Translations under genes and position numbers: made by a program
DNA from: Octopus sinensis
Lineage: Eukaryota
Direction: 5' to 3'
DNA: 64,000 nt
Assembly: GCF_006345805.1 (NCBI RefSeq)
Contig: NC_042997.1
Coordinates: forward strand, 159,650,001-159,714,000
The notes under the pieces: model-generated
The model's database searches: none
Seen by the model: the letters and a program-made list of their open reading frames with translations, nothing else
Told to the model about the DNA's origin: nothing
Part shown: positions 24,373 to 39,420 of the stretch, piece by piece
Position numbering within the stretch: the stretch's first letter is position 1
Layout of the letters: each line of letters starts with the position of its first letter

Positions 24373-27043
24373 CTTCTACTACGGCCGACATCAATTATTA
24401 CAATAGCCAACAATGAAATTGCCCATTTAATGTTTATAAATATCCTCAAATAATTTTACAGTGTTGACTTTGAATGTGCTCATTTATTCACATTTTGTAT
24501 TATTTTTCTATGGCGGAAATACTGTAGCTGGTAAAATCAGAATTGTGATGAAACTATGATCTGGAGATGGTCATACTATTGTTCCTTCTGGATTATATAA
24601 TTCAATTAAGTGGAATGTCATTGTCTGGTTTTCACAATTGAAAAAAGAGGACTATTTGGGGGATGAAAGATTTTCTATTTCTGTTTCAACTTGATTCATC
24701 GTGTTGTAGAAGTGAATATTTTTGAGCGGTTCAATATTTGAGATGAGTATTGCTGGAACGTTTTCTCTGAGTATGACAAGATTATACATTTTAATACAAT
24801 CTGTTGGCGGGAAAAATCACTTAAAATGTACCTACGAGATTTATTAAAATTTGGGTATTTGTTGAATACTCTTCAGAAAATTCTTGCCAAATTTAAGTAG
24901 TTTTCTCTTATTACAATTTTGCTGCCGCCGATATTTCAAAGATATAGAAAATTATATGAATTGTTTCATAAAATTTCAAACACCATTACAATGTCAAAGA
25001 TTCTTGAAATTTTGTAAGGCCATTTGAATTGATTTCATGGAATGAATATTGTATAGAGATGCCTTAAATTTTTTCGGCAAGAAAAGTATTTTCTTTATTA
25101 ACAATTATCTCGGAAAACTCTCAAATAGTTTCAAGGAAATTGACAAGACTGCTTTCATGCATAAATTCATTTTTTAATGTTTGCTTTATGATTTCACGAT
25201 AAAAATAGTAAATAATGTCTTCGAAGCGAAGAAAATGCTTAAATGATCCTCAGTTTTTGTTTTGCAGAAACAATGAAGAAAACTCAATGATTTATTTAAA
25301 AAGTTATAAATTCTATACTTTAAACTGAAAATAGTAAACCAAGATAAGGGCTGGGTTTCTCATCAATTTTGCGAAACGTGTCTTGTAAATATGTGAGGAT
25401 TGGCAAGTAGGAAGAAGAAGGAAATAGAATTTGGAATGCCATTGATTTGGAGGTAATCTGAATATCATTTTAGAGTCTGCTATTTGTGTTTAATTTATGC
25501 TAAAAGTTTTGATGTTTAAAAACAAAGCGAAAAATGAATATAGAGAATATATATATATATATATATACATATATAGAATATATATTTGAATATATAGAAC
25601 TGGCATCAATAATCTGATGAGATTCCTGTAACAGTTTACAAAGTGATTAGTGACCTAGATAAGGAAGATATATGAGTCAGAGGGCGAATTGCTAAGCAAT
25701 GAACAGTGGAACAAAATTATGTTGAAGAATCAATACGGGAGCAGTTTTCACAAAATGAATTGAATGACATTTTGTTATTTTTCTTGTTTCCTGTACTTTT
25801 ACAAGTTTAATTACCGCTTCCTCTGTACTTTTCCAATCTCAATATTTAAGAATATTCTTTGTACCCGCATTTTGCATTCTAGTCAAACTTTATTTCCTGT
25901 CAACGATTCTATTGTTATAACTAATTACAAGTGAAAACATAATACTATTGTAGATATTTTACAGTTATTTTGTATACATGGAGAAGTACAAAAGATTAAT
26001 GCCATCACTTCTGTAACACTAATTGTACTGAATTGAAATAAAAAGGGAATTTGAACAAAAAGCTAGTGCATCCATCCTACAATGCAAAATGGCTAAGCAT
26101 CTTCTTTAGCTAATTCAGACAACACGTATTCCGAATCTTGCAACCTATTTTCTTAAGTACAAATCACAATGGTATCGCCATTATGTGACTTGTTTATTTC
26201 AACAAAATTATGCAACTCAATAAATTCTTTAACCATATAGATGTGTCGATAATATTTTGAATTATGACCAATATTGCTTTGTTGTTAAATATCAACAATA
26301 ATTTGTAAAGGATTATGAATATTTGATGGCAATGTGTCCATAACATGATGAATAGTACCTTCCATTGGAATAAGTATGTGAGTTGCTATGCATTTTATAA
26401 CACATAGATAACGATATTTTGAATTTCTAAGGTACACATTTTATCAACTTTATAAGGCATTATGTTTAACTTCTCCAAATATTGTTGTCACAACTAAGCC
26501 ATTGACTAACGCTTATAAAAATCATTCATTTTTTCCTAATGTCTACTGCAAATATCACGTACTCTACGAAGAAATGTATATTATTCTTTTATGTATATTA
26601 TTCTTTTATAAAATATTTGTTTCAAAATATCACGTTTTGAAATACTGACATTCAGTTTGGGCACTTCTCAGTTAAAGTAGGTTTTTAATAGAGAAAAAGA
26701 TTTACTGACAATTTTTTAATGATGTTCTTGTTATTTCTCTTGTAGTTCCTCAATCATGTTTGACATTTTGACATCAAGACCCTTTTCTCCACCGATATTT
26801 TAAATATAGGCTCATCGCCTTTCAAAATAGTAATGCCAAACAGATGCAAAATATGCCAACAGATCTCAATCTGTACACATGCGTCAGAGGAGTTCTGAGT
26901 TTTCATGTGTGTGGTGCAAATCTTCTAAGATACTCAATTTTGTAAGTGCAGAACCGATAATTTCATTTATATATAGCCGTTTACTTTCTAAAATTTAATA
27001 ATATTTAAATTTTTTTCTCTAAATGTTTTTTTTGCCACTAAGG

Positions 27044-27080
<37 letters not shown>

Positions 27081-27082
<2 letters not shown>

Positions 27083-28069
27083 TATTACTATTTTTATAGC
27101 GTGCTTTCACTTCACTACCGAGCGCAGCTCTGTGTGCCTTGGGTATGTGCTGTGATTTGTTGTGATGCTCTGATGGTTATTGTATGGAAAGTGTTCTGCG
27201 TAGGATGTGTGCAGTGCCTAGTAGTGCAATTTTCTGTATGTTATATGTGTTTGTAAGTCCTGGTGTTTTTGTTATGTATTTGTCTGAATATTTTTTTATC
27301 ATGCCTAATGCACCTACTATGATAGGAATTGTTTCTGTTTTCAGGTTCCACATTCTAGTTATCTCTATTTCCAGGTCTTTGTATTTTGAGAGTTTCTCCA
27401 TTTCTTTTAGAGACACGTTGTCATCTGCCGGTATTGATACATCAATTAGAAAGCATTTTTTTCTTCATGATCTCTGACAACTATATCTGGTCTGTTGGCC
27501 TTAATTTCTCTATCTGTGTGTATCGGCATATCCCAGAGTGTGGTTGCTTTCTCGTTTTCTGTGACCTTTTCTGGTGTGTGCCTATACCATCTTTTTTCTG
27601 TTGTTATTCCAGAATGTTGGCATAGCTTCCAATGTATGTAGGTTCCAACTCTGTCATGTCTGTGAATATATTCCTTCTTAGCCAGGACTGGGCAGCTAGA
27701 GATAATATGATTTATTGTTTCTTGTCCATCTCCACATATTCTGCAGTTACTTGTAATATTTCTTTTCATTACATGTTTTGGTAATTTCTGGTGGGGAGGC
27801 TTTGGTCTTGTGCTGCAATTAAAAATCCCTCTGTTTCTGCTTTGAGTCCTGAGCTTCTCAACCATTGCTGGGATTTTTCTTTGTCTATTTCTTTTGCGTT
27901 TAGTTTAGTGCAGTATTTACCATGAAGGGGCTTTTCTTGCCATCGTTTTATCATGGCTCGTTGCTGTTCTATTTTTAGTTTGGATTTCATTTGTTTTATA
28001 GCTTTTGTTGTTTCTTCATCATCTTCTTCTTCTTCTTTGTGTTTATTAGGTGGTATTGTTTCTTCATCA

Positions 28070-28070
<1 letters not shown>
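27081..28070 (-). mobile_element. Duplicate copy of the R4/Dong-like RLE fragment
   Basis: Mirror of 1781-2750 with the same frameshifts; retains about 20 nt more at the 5' junction. Confidence 0.9.
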
Positions 28071-28148
<78 letters not shown>

Positions 28149-28586
28149 GGTCGGTGTTTTTTCTACTGCTTCATGTTAACTCACTGCTGGCTGCTAGTGC
28201 TGTCAGCTGCTACTCAACAACAGAAAGGACAGGAAATAGAGCACTATGTGATTTTTATAACAAAATCCCGTAAACTTCCAGAACTGATATTATGAAAACT
28301 TCAACTGAATGTATTTGAATTATTTTTCCTTTTATATAACGAAACCGGTAGTTGCTTAGTTAATATCGTAAATATTGTCTTACTTTCTCCACGATAAAGT
28401 TCTCAAAGCATTCACTTTTTTGATGTTTTCAGCATATATGTGTGTGTGAGTATGTTCTCGTGTATGTGTGGGTGTGTGGATGTGTGAATGTGTGTGTGTG
28501 TGTGTGTGGATAACTGATATGATCAGGGGCAGATTATTTCTATCTGCATATTTATGTCAATTTTCTTTGTTTGTTTTCAATATATA

Positions 28587-28655
<69 letters not shown>

Positions 28656-29899
28656 GCGTGCGTGTGTGTGAATAATTGATATGATCCAGAGCAGATTATT
28701 TCTATTTACATTTACGTCAATTTTTAGCATTTTTCTATTAATATCATAATATTGTGATTGCAGCATTATTTTTTTTATTTTCCCTTAGTATGAAGCCGTC
28801 TTTAAAATATTTCCATCGTATCTTATTATTAAATACAGGAAAAGATAAAACCATAATAAATAACTTCAGAGAGATTGATATTGAATTGTTCAGCCTCCTC
28901 AACTAAGTAGATATATGGAAGCAGATAGGAAAAGATAATACTAAGAAAGGGACAACGCTCTTTGTAATTGAGTGTAGTATGTTAAAAACCTTCAAAAGTT
29001 AAGTGAGGTCGGTAAGTCTAACATGCCCCAAAATTAGAATTTCCACACTATGGGTCAGAGGATTTGATAGAAGATATTATTCTAAAATGCTGCGTAGGAA
29101 GATCGAACGTGTAACCACGTAGTTGTAAAGTGACAGTCGTCCTAAATCACACAAAGATGGTGAACACGTAAATAACACACAAACGTCATTTCTATAGATC
29201 ATGAAATGAACTTCAATGAGCACTTCGATCGCTTATTCTGCGGCATGTTACGGCAAGTTTAACACTTCTGTCAGTGACTCTCCGCTCAATGAAAATGAAA
29301 CGCATTCTAGATTTCCTTAAATTGGAAATCATTATATATATTATATTAGTCACGAAAAAATTTTATTCACCGTTCACTTCAAAATGAATTTTATTTTACA
29401 TGCATAGTGCATGTGTTAATTATGCTCAGATAGGTAGATAGATAGATCCTTTAATGTATAAGCGAGAAATGCGCGGAAAAAACAGTAAAAAAATATCACT
29501 CTTTAAACACATGTGTTCTCATCTGATCAGCCATCAGTTATTGATGAATGCCATAACAACAGCTACAAGGTCAAGTGAGGTTTTACATGTTGATACATGT
29601 TTGATTAGAAGCAATAGGACGCAGATATGTTGGTTAGGTACAGGACAGGAATATGTAGTCTGTGGATTATGTGTCTTTGGTCACAATGATGCATGCAAGG
29701 GATGCTTTTACTTACACACATGTTCCTACATGTTCCTAGTCTCTCTGCCAATATTCGGGGTTTTCCCTGCTACTTTTAACCAATAACCATAGAACAGTTT
29801 TCTCTTCACTGTCTGTTGCTTTTTTCTGCTGAATGTACCATAGATTAGTTTCTTGAGTGCACATATTATTCCTGCAACCCACTTCCTAAAATTCACATA

Positions 29900-31300
29900 A
29901 CAAAACCAGACGTAGAATAATGAAATGGAAAGAACATCTCCAGGTTTGCAAACCTGCTTCGGAAATGTTTTATATAGATAATAATGAAATAAAGCCATAC
30001 ATCAGTCATGTGAAGAATGTCTCTCCTACAGACTAGATGTTATACTATTTAACTACGAGGAAGAAGACAAAAACCGTGGTAGTAAAACTGCCAGAATACA
30101 TACATACTTGTGCCTCTATATAAAATTAAATGATTTCTTATTTGAGATCAACGGAGGTATTTATAAAACCCAACTCATAGTTCGCCTTTACCTTCCAGAA
30201 TAACTCTGGATGAATTTTGAATGAAAGTGTAGAGAAAGTTTACAAAGTTCTTGGTGTAAACCTTTATTTCGAAATAATGGTGACGCCGGAAGAATACCGG
30301 ACAGCCTCCGTAAATAGTTCACGATTAATTAATTTCATCTTAATTTTGGAGAGCAGAAAGCTTCGATATTTTAAGAGAAATAAATTTGTCCTAAAGACTC
30401 CTTCCGGTATAACTAAACAATACGTCACAATTTATGACTTTGCACGAACCAGCTTCTAAAATCCCCATAAGTGTGTATTACAGATTATTTACCCAAAATC
30501 TAATAAACAACAGAATTTACGAACAATCCTATAGGGTTAGACTATATTACAATGATAAACGTAAATCATTTAAAGTCTGAAGAAATCATTGCACTCACCA
30601 ACAACTGCAACCACAATTTCTAACGGTATCCAATTTCTGGATTCTCGAAACTGGATAAAGTTATAATACTCGTAAAGCGCAGAAAATCCTGGAATCAGAA
30701 TTATCTATCACTTTTCTATTCACACTCTCCAAGACTCTAAATCTGAGAATCTTGAACTTTACTCACCTAGGCCTCACTCCTCTCAAAATCACATCTAAAT
30801 TCAAACCTCAACACTTAGCCAATCACACTAAACAAAAAAATTAATGTTCACGTTTACTGATCCCCACCATCCCACCAATTAAATTCTTTTCACACAAATG
30901 AATCTATCTGCCATCGACCTAACCAATGTTTTCTATTTTATGTCCTTCCAACTTCTCTACTAAAATTTTAGATAATCTGTACAAAGATAAAATGCTGCCT
31001 AGTTAACTATCAGGCTAAATTCACAAACATCACATTTCCAGGTCTTGACATTTTTCAGATGCATTATTACAGGGGTCCGTTTTCTCACGCAATCTTTTAA
31101 ACTTATACATGCACAATTCAGGGATATTTCACAAAGATTTACAGATGAAACTTCATATGCAGATTGATTTACATTAATACCATTCATCATTCTTCAGAAA
31201 ATGCTGCACAACTGTTCTAACCTTGCTTAAATTACTTAGAAAAATATATTCATAAAATAAAATATAAAGTAGCACCTACCAAATGCACTAATTCATTTTT
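29900..31300 (-). mobile_element. Possible highly degraded CR1/L2-like RT remnant
   Basis: Only weak remnants resembling the WKxA, RPIS and GVPQG motifs, in the expected order. Confidence 0.3.
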
Positions 31301-32658
31301 ACCAGCAATACTAAAAGTCATCATCACCTACGGTCAGCAATTGCACTTAGAAATCTAAACATTACATAGAATCAGGGAAGGTACTATTACGGATTACATT
31401 CAACTTCTTTAGAACATTCATAACATACCCAGGATACATAGTAAAAAGACAAAATGGATTAGAAATATATTTACCAATTAATACGGTTGGATAACAGAAG
31501 AAACAACAGCAACTATGTAAAAATATTTCATTTGATCCGTCATGGATTACGGTAGTCCTCTCTGAGCTCCAACACTTCCACAAAAACTCACGTATTTTGC
31601 AAAGATACAGAACAGCGCTACCTGCACTATAACAAGTTGTACACAGACTGTATTCCGAGATTCAATACACAAGGAAATAAAACATTAAAAATGAAACATT
31701 ATTTGGACGTGTGTGAGACATACTTTGTTGCCGTAGAAAACTTCAGCTGTCCGTGATCCTTTTAATGCACGACAAATAACTTACAAACAACAATATATCC
31801 AACACCTCAGAGAACGTAGCGCGACAACGTTTTAAAACACTGTCTCTCACAATCAGTCGTGCTAAACATAAAGACATATACCCTCAGAAAATATTCATAA
31901 CTTTAATAGCCTTGTTAATTCTCGACAATGCGCTGAAATGCAGCCGACAACATTAACCGCAGATGCATAACAAGTAAAATGCTATAACGGAGTCTTCTTA
32001 GCTTGCCCACGCTGTAACCACTACTAAAATATATAGGCTTACAGAAATAGACCGGGCAATAGAGACATTGCAACATAGCGTGAGTGTCACCTTACAATCC
32101 ATGCGATTCAGCACCACATGTCGGGATGAGCAGTATAGATCTCAGCTGGATGGAGATGAAGTACTGAAAAGATTGCTCTGTGACCTATGCTTCGGTGTTC
32201 GAGAATATTTATGCAATAAGACTGCACGAACAGGGAGACCTGAGGAAAAACAACAACAAAAATTAGAACAATAAAAAAAAAGCAAACTGGAAATTATTGG
32301 ATGCACTCGTTAATATCTACCGACGAGCATTTTGACAGTTGAAATTTGCTCAATTAAGCTTTCCAACTTTTGCAGCAACCAGAAAGGAGACACCCCAAAA
32401 TTTCTGGGCTTTAGGATTATTATATTTATATTATATTCCTTAGGTTCTAGATTTCAAGAATTTGAAATTATTGATACACGTATGTGCAGATTTTGGTGAA
32501 TATATAGTTTCTTCTTATTGAGTCAAAGAAGAGGGGCACACATCTATTATCGGAATATTCCCCAACACATTTTTGTAAATAACCTATAGTTTGACCAACA
32601 AAAGCCCAGACGATAGGACAACTTCAAACTAACAATTACACAATATCTACAAAACTTT

Positions 32659-32872
32659 AAGGCAGCGAGCTGGCAGAAACGTTGTCACGCCGGGCGAAAT
32701 GCTTTGCGGTATTTCGTCTGTCTACGTTCTGAGTTCAAATTGTGCCGACGTCGACTTTGCCTTTCATCCTTCGGGGTCGATAAATTAAGTGCCAGTTACG
32801 CAATGGGATCGAAATAACCGACTGGCTCCCTCCCAAAAATTCTGGGCCTTGTGCTTAGAGTAGAAAAGAATT
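32659..32872 (+). mobile_element. SINE, same family as 35990-36215
   Basis: aaggcagcgagctggcagaaacgtt...gagttcaaat...gtcgactttgcctttcatcc..ggggtcgataaa, shared with the minus-strand copy. Confidence 0.85.
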
Positions 32873-34569
32873 ACCGCAAAACATTATCTCACGCACATAC
32901 GGTAGAACAGGTGCAGTTTAAAGATGTTACTTTTGTAAAATACATTATAATAGTTTCTCTCCGCTAAATAAAGTGATGGTAATAGGGATAACGACAAGGA
33001 GAATGGTAATGACGATAAGAGATGTAGAAAGATTTGAAGAAATAAAACCGGTGGCTATCCATTACAGACTGGTTGAAGAACAGCACCTACAAACTTGAAG
33101 ATGTTAACTGATGGCAACTTTGCTTAAAGAATACATGTGAACTACTGAGATTGTACTTGGCTCAAAGACGTAACAGATGTTTGTTCCTTATTGAATAAAA
33201 ACTACAAAGTCTTCAAATCGCTTTTCAAAGAAATTCCTGAAATACAAAATCCTACAGAACAGCATGAAAAAATAAAGTTGGTATATTGATGTAATCATTA
33301 TTACATGATAAAACACTAAAACGTTACTTTATGGTTACTCAAACACTTCTTGATTGCTAAGAATAAAAGTGAACCTAACCACATATGCAGCATGATTCAT
33401 AAATTTCATAAAATTCAAATCTTTGATCAGTTTACAAATCTCAAGACCATCAAATATCAAAGATTTCTTTTTCAGTTTGTCAGTACAAAGTGCAAGTAAT
33501 TGTCAATCAATATATTTGGAGCAATCACCGTTCTCTTCCAAAGCCTTCATAAGTTTCATCTTCATAAGGAGTGGTGATAGACATATTTTATATTTGCCAG
33601 CCAACGTCTCTTGTATTATGTATACAGCACCTACAGTTGTGTTTTCCCTTAAAGTCTATTTCACTATTTCCTAATGATCTTACTTTGTTCTATTATTCTA
33701 TAAGTAGATGAAATATACACTTTAATATTTTTCAGTGCAATAGTTCAATATCTACTGGTCGACACGTAAAATATTTCTGATCATGATAAGAGACCTCATA
33801 TAAGACTATTTTGACATTTTTTTATATTCTTCTTTGAGTGTTACTGGACGAGTAAGTAAAGTTGATGAATAACATTTACGATTCTGCTGCAAAGAATTTT
33901 TCAAGTTTAAGTTCTGTATCTTGGCGGAAGTAAGGAAGAAGTTCCTCCACTCTTGATCAATAAGTTATTATTTTAACTTCATGCATAAGTCAACTAGTCT
34001 GGATGCTAAGATAAAATTATTCCTTCAATACTTCTAAGCAACTGATCGTTAAATGGGATTAAAATCATTTTGAGTGTATCCAATAATTCAAAAGCAAGAG
34101 TCAATGTTACGAAAATGCAGTTATATTTAGACTCAGCATCCATAAAATATTCCGAATTCCTTCAAATATTTTGGCAACTGAAAAATCTTTTGCATATAAA
34201 CCGTTAACAATGTGACACTCTACGACAACATTAATCCAGCATTTTATTACACATAGTTTTTCTCCTTGTCCAAAGATTTCTCTGTAATAGATGTTACGAG
34301 ATATTCTTTTAATATCAATATTTTACACCATGTATTAAATTTTATGGTGGGTACTAAAACTACAAATATATAGAGAAATATATTCGCTTCTTAGAAGATT
34401 TACGACTTCAAGGCAAAATATTTTTCTAATGTTCAAAATGACAATATTTCATCTACTTCTAACCCATCACAACAAACTATCCTTATAGTATACATAAACA
34501 CTAAAATTACAGCTTTCTACTGAACAATTACTTTTGAAATTTTATATCATTCTCCAAGTTTCAACCAAA

Positions 34570-37260
34570 TTACCCACATGACATCTCTGATATACATATA
34601 GTGGCTGTCTGTTTCTTGCAGAGCTTGCATTCCTCCTGCACTTGCAATACGTCTTTCCCAGCATAAGATCTTAAATGACTTCTCAGCCATGAAAGGGCTT
34701 TCAAGGGCTCATCGAAAATGCTATAGCAATGTCTTGTTTCAGCATTGGCTACATCTGTGGTAGTGAGCAGTGGTACGTCTGCACAGTCGCGCATTTCTAG
34801 GCCAATGATCTGGTCAGATGGAGTGGGTGAAATTTCTCAGTATTACGATGTGCAAGTGTTGTTTTGTTTCTTCTCGGGTATGGTGCACGTGCTTGCTGCT
34901 TATGTTGGTGAATAGAATTCTCCTGTTACTCTTTCTGTTGATGGTGTTGTTGCTTTGACGTACGACACTCATCTTTTGGTACTGGTGATGTAGGCGTTAT
35001 TGTTGGTGGTGCTACTCCTGTTGTTTTTGTTGCTGTCGTCGTTGTTATGGTAGAGGTGTCTGCAGCAGGGGTTTCATTATCACTTTTATTTGCGCGGAGC
35101 AGAAAGCCTTGAAACGTTTTGGTTTTTTGTTCACCATAGATATGGTATCGCAGCTTCCTGCCCTCTACTGCTACAAAGAGTTGCATTCCACCGAGTAATT
35201 TTACCAGGTTTGTAATTTCTGCGACAGTTCCCTAATCAGCGTACAAAATCAGTTCCACACCTGAACCAGACCAAATCCCTTTTCCGGTTTTGTAAGCTTG
35301 AAGAATTTTTACTTTGTCATCTATGCTGTACAATGCAGCTGTAATCAACAAAGAGATGTCCACTTCTGATAGTACCTCCACCAAACCGTCTCGTCCTCCT
35401 GCACGCATCTCGGGCATGTTCGTCTCGCTGCACATCTGTGCCCATATAGTTTACCTCGATCGAACAAAGCTCCTCAGTAGCACCACTAGGCCAGAAATCT
35501 TTGGAGGTTATCCATTGGTCCCGGTCCGAAAGTACTCCAGAAAAGAGCGGCTAGTTGATATCCTTCAACATCAAAAGTCTCCCCAAGAACGCCCTCGCAC
35601 TTTCCCTCCACTAATTCTCTGTAGAAAGCTGAAGTGGATGTTACACGTATCGCAATATCCAACTGGCAGAGGGCCATGAGCGCTTGTTGACATTCCACTT
35701 TCCAAATGTCTTGTCTGGGTCTCTGTTTGATTCAGGGTTGCGATTCCGTTAAAGAAAGCGTCTGATGGACACGATGTACGCGTTAACCACCTCTGTCCGA
35801 CCTATCAGGGATAGCTTCCTCTCGGTCCAGAGTCACCATGATCGTTACCTCGTCCCAGTTTTTGTCTATCCGGAGGTCCAAACCAAATCAGATTCCGAGC
35901 AATTTAACCGGTCCGTCTGTCCAGCGCCCAACGACACAGTTAAGCGGTGTAAGCTTGATTTTCCAGGTGCCATGATACCTATTTCTTTATTACCCACAAG
36001 GGGCTAAACACAGAGGGGACAAACAAGGACATACATAGGTATTAAGTCGATTACATCGACCCCAGTGCGTAACTGGTACTTAGTTTTATCGACCCCCGAA
36101 AGAATGAAAGGCAAAGTCGACCTCGGCGGAATTTGAACTCACAACGTAACGGCAGACGAAATACCGCTAAGCATTTCGCCCGGCATGCTAACGTTTCTGC
36201 CAGCTCGCCGCCTTAATACCGCCTTGTAGTCCCTCAGAGCAGTGCTGATCACTTCAATGTGTTTATTTTCCGACATTACTACGATGACATCGTCAGCATA
36301 TGCCGAAGCGCATCTCCCACACCTTCGGTCACGCAGGATGTCCCTAAACACCTAAGATTGTCTAGTAGCGGCTCGAGAGCTATAGTAGGTACAATAGAGA
36401 CGAGAAGGGACAACCACGCCCGAATGAGCAAGTGACATTGAACGGTTCAGAGAGGTTGCAGTTTGATCTTACCACTGAACAGATGTCGTTGTTCATTGAA
36501 GCGATCCATCCCCTGAAAACAGGTCCGAACCCGGCTGTCTTGAGGACCGCCGCTAAGTATAGATGGTTGACCCTATTGAAAGCTTTAGACTGAACTAAAT
36601 ACTCAGGGCCTCATCCGTATCAGGTCCTTTAGCTACTTTCTCTATGATGTATTGCATGAAGTGTAGGTTTTTGCGGTTGGATCTTTTCGGGATGGCGTAT
36701 ATCTACGCCTCTTTAACCAGATAACCGACGACAAGCGCTAAACTCGTAGGTGATACCTTGGCCAAAACTTTGAACTCTGTATTTAGCAGAGTAATTGGTC
36801 TAAAATCCCCCTTTTTCGGGTCTTTACTCAGCAACTCCATTGCTCCTCGGCTCACAAAACTGCGAATGCTCTCATTCTGTTGCCAGCTGCAGTAAACGTT
36901 TGCCAAGAGGTCGCCTAGCAAGTCTGACATGTAAGGATAAAGCTTGTAGGGCAGACCGGCAAAACTAGGCAATTTACCCCTCTTGCAGCTAGCCATTGCT
37001 TCACGTATTTCAAAGGCTATTATCGGCCTTTCACTGCTCTCCCCTCCTCTGTTGAGAGCCGCAGAAATTCGTCGAGGTAGGATGTAAAATCCATCCTGCG
37101 ACCCGGCTCACCGATACTTCCAAACAGTTGAGTGAAATGCCGCTGAAAAGACGCACACATTTGTTTCACATCAATTATCAAATGCCCATCGCGATCTGGC
37201 GATGATCGGATCGTGGTTTCTTCTCACGCCGTGCCTCTTCCGCTCGAGCCCATTAAGCGG
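34570..37260 (-). mobile_element. Composite L1/Tx1-like LINE remnant (ORF2 RT and C-terminus, with an ORF1-like piece at about 34900-35380)
   Basis: GLPYKLY...DFRPITLLNTEFKVLAK, SKAFNRVNH, YADD, TFGPGPMDN, TCPRCVQEDETV; interrupted by a SINE. Confidence 0.85.
35990..36215 (-). mobile_element. SINE nested in the L1/Tx1 RT
   Basis: Minus-strand head aaggcggcgagctggcagaaacgttagc, 3' end aataaagaaat; homologous to 32659-32872. Confidence 0.85.
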
Positions 37261-38329
37261 TCGCCAATACATGTATGAATGAATCTGCGTATGTATGTAT
37301 ATAACAATTTCTTTGATATGCACTCAGTTTTCAGTACACAATGTTGTGATTTGAGTGAATTTGATCGAAAGCGCATTGTAGAAAATTACAATCTGCCAGA
37401 TCCTCTGCTGACAGACGCATACATCGCCACACACATGCTTGTCAGTCTAACCTAGATAACGAACGCGCAAACACACGCGCACATTGACAGACACCTACAC
37501 TCATATAGAAAATGTGACGTCGTCGTCGTCATGGAATAAAATGTCGTTTACGATATTTAACTTAGAAAAAGATTATAATTTTAAATTTTTGTAATTCGAA
37601 TACGTAAACTAAAGTAAAGATTATTTGAAAGCCAGAAAAATACTGAATCTTTAAGTCAACATCGGCAACTCAGTTTTCGATTACACGAAGAACATACGCG
37701 CGCACATACACATACACACATACAAACACACTTTTATATATATAGATATAGATATATAGATATACAATCAAACATACATATATGCATGCTACATATATTT
37801 CAATAACAGTGTATACTCCAGTATTCATACAAGTTCAACCAAACGAAGAATACATTACCTGCGCTTTGATATATATTTTTTATGTCATCTAAAGTTCTAG
37901 CTTTCACCAGTTGATATTCCAGAGTTCATAGAAATCCCTGATACAAGTTGATTCGTCATAGAAAATGTCATACTAATTGGTGTGACCAGCTTTTGTGGTA
38001 CATTATCTTGAACACCGGTTCAAGAATATATACTACTCCTCAAGGTATGTACGTGTTCGTGTGCGTGAGTGCTTGCGCGCGCACTGAAATTTTCAATATA
38101 CACAATATATTATTACTCAACAGTTGTATTGTGTTTTTTATTCTTGAAGCAGTTCTTCCTCCGCACAATTCAGGCTCACAATACATAAATTCTCTGCAAC
38201 ACGTTTCCTTTTCCTCAACAGGACCTGACCTATGTAACATTATCCCTAAACAAATCAGAAAAGAAAAAGTTTCCATCATCTTCAAACTAAGCACGAATAC
38301 TTGATTAGCCACCTATACCTAGATACATC

Positions 38330-39420
38330 TCAGTCAACAACTCCTTATTTCAATGGGCCATAATACCACAAAACACGACTTTAAAATGACAATTAAATCA
38401 TCTTCCGAAATGATTTCATTGCTTTTCAATGTAATTCTTCCAGCGATCCACAAGCCTGCTTATTGCTTCAGAGATGAAGATTGTCGGGTGGTCGTACAGC
38501 CATTTATGCAGCACTTCTTACACTTCATTCGGAGCAAATTGATGACCAAGTAAAGTATGTTTCAGCTGTCCAAATAGATGATAAGAAGGAGTAAAATCTG
38601 AACTGTATGGAGGGTTTTCCCGCATCTTGAAGCACAACTTTTCATTGATCTTAGTGGTGTGGGAGGCTGTAAGCTGGAGTGCATTGTGCAGCAGACCTAG
38701 TCGTTTGGAGTGAATTGCTCGTTTCAGTTTGTTGGCCAGCATTTCACTCTATCCTACACTGATGACTGTACACAACATTTCCAAGTAAAGTTCCAGTTCC
38801 CTTATAAGGATTTTTGCGTTCCTATAATATAATCGCTTAGCATCTCATCTTTTCTGTTCTGACGAAAGTTGAGACTTGAATTAATATCTCGTGGGTAATT
38901 TCGCTTGTTTCCAATCCATACTCTGTCTTTTAGAGTCTGACTCAAAGTGATGAACACAAGCATCATTCCCTTTGATTATTCTCTACAAAAACGTTCGGCC
39001 TTCATTGCTGTGGCAGTAGAGTAAGCTTTGATTGCTTTCTACATGATTCTGCTTATGCGCTTCGCTAAGCTCACTTTGCACCCATCCCGCACGGACTTTA
39101 TGAAAGCGTAGCTTGCCGGTGATGCTTTCATATGCAGAAACTTGCCGCATCGACGACCGCTTGTCTGTTTGCTGCAACCACCTTCCGAGCCTATTCCACT
39201 TAGTGAACATCTGGACACATGCACGAAAGGCAACACTCCCAAATTTTTTGTCTTCCCATTCTATCAATGGAATAGAAAAATTGAACGTAGAACATAAACA
39301 TCTACAACTAAATAAGCAAAGCATTTTGCAAGACACTTTCTCATTTGTACATATTCGCAGCCCAAAGTACCACATACTAATATTCCTAACACAGACAGAC
39401 ATATTCGCCTCTGTACTTCA
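38330..39420 (-). mobile_element. Degraded mariner transposase remnant
   Basis: FHKVRAGWVQSELS..HK..EGRTFL (cf. KVxARWVPxxL) and LHNA...PPYSSDFTPSYHLFGQLK (cf. HPPYSPDLAPSDYHLF). Confidence 0.8.

Larger units (their letters stand above)
22246..29850. repeat. Arm 2 of the large inverted duplication, beginning at the first base after the assembly gap
   Basis: Reverse complement of 1-7590 with few differences (e.g. EHQR vs EQQR in the Dong-like fragment). Confidence 0.97.

Noticed and set aside
30999-31190. WKCDVCEF as a host C2H2 zinc-finger exon
   Set aside because: No histidine pair or splice context; fits a decayed LINE RT better.
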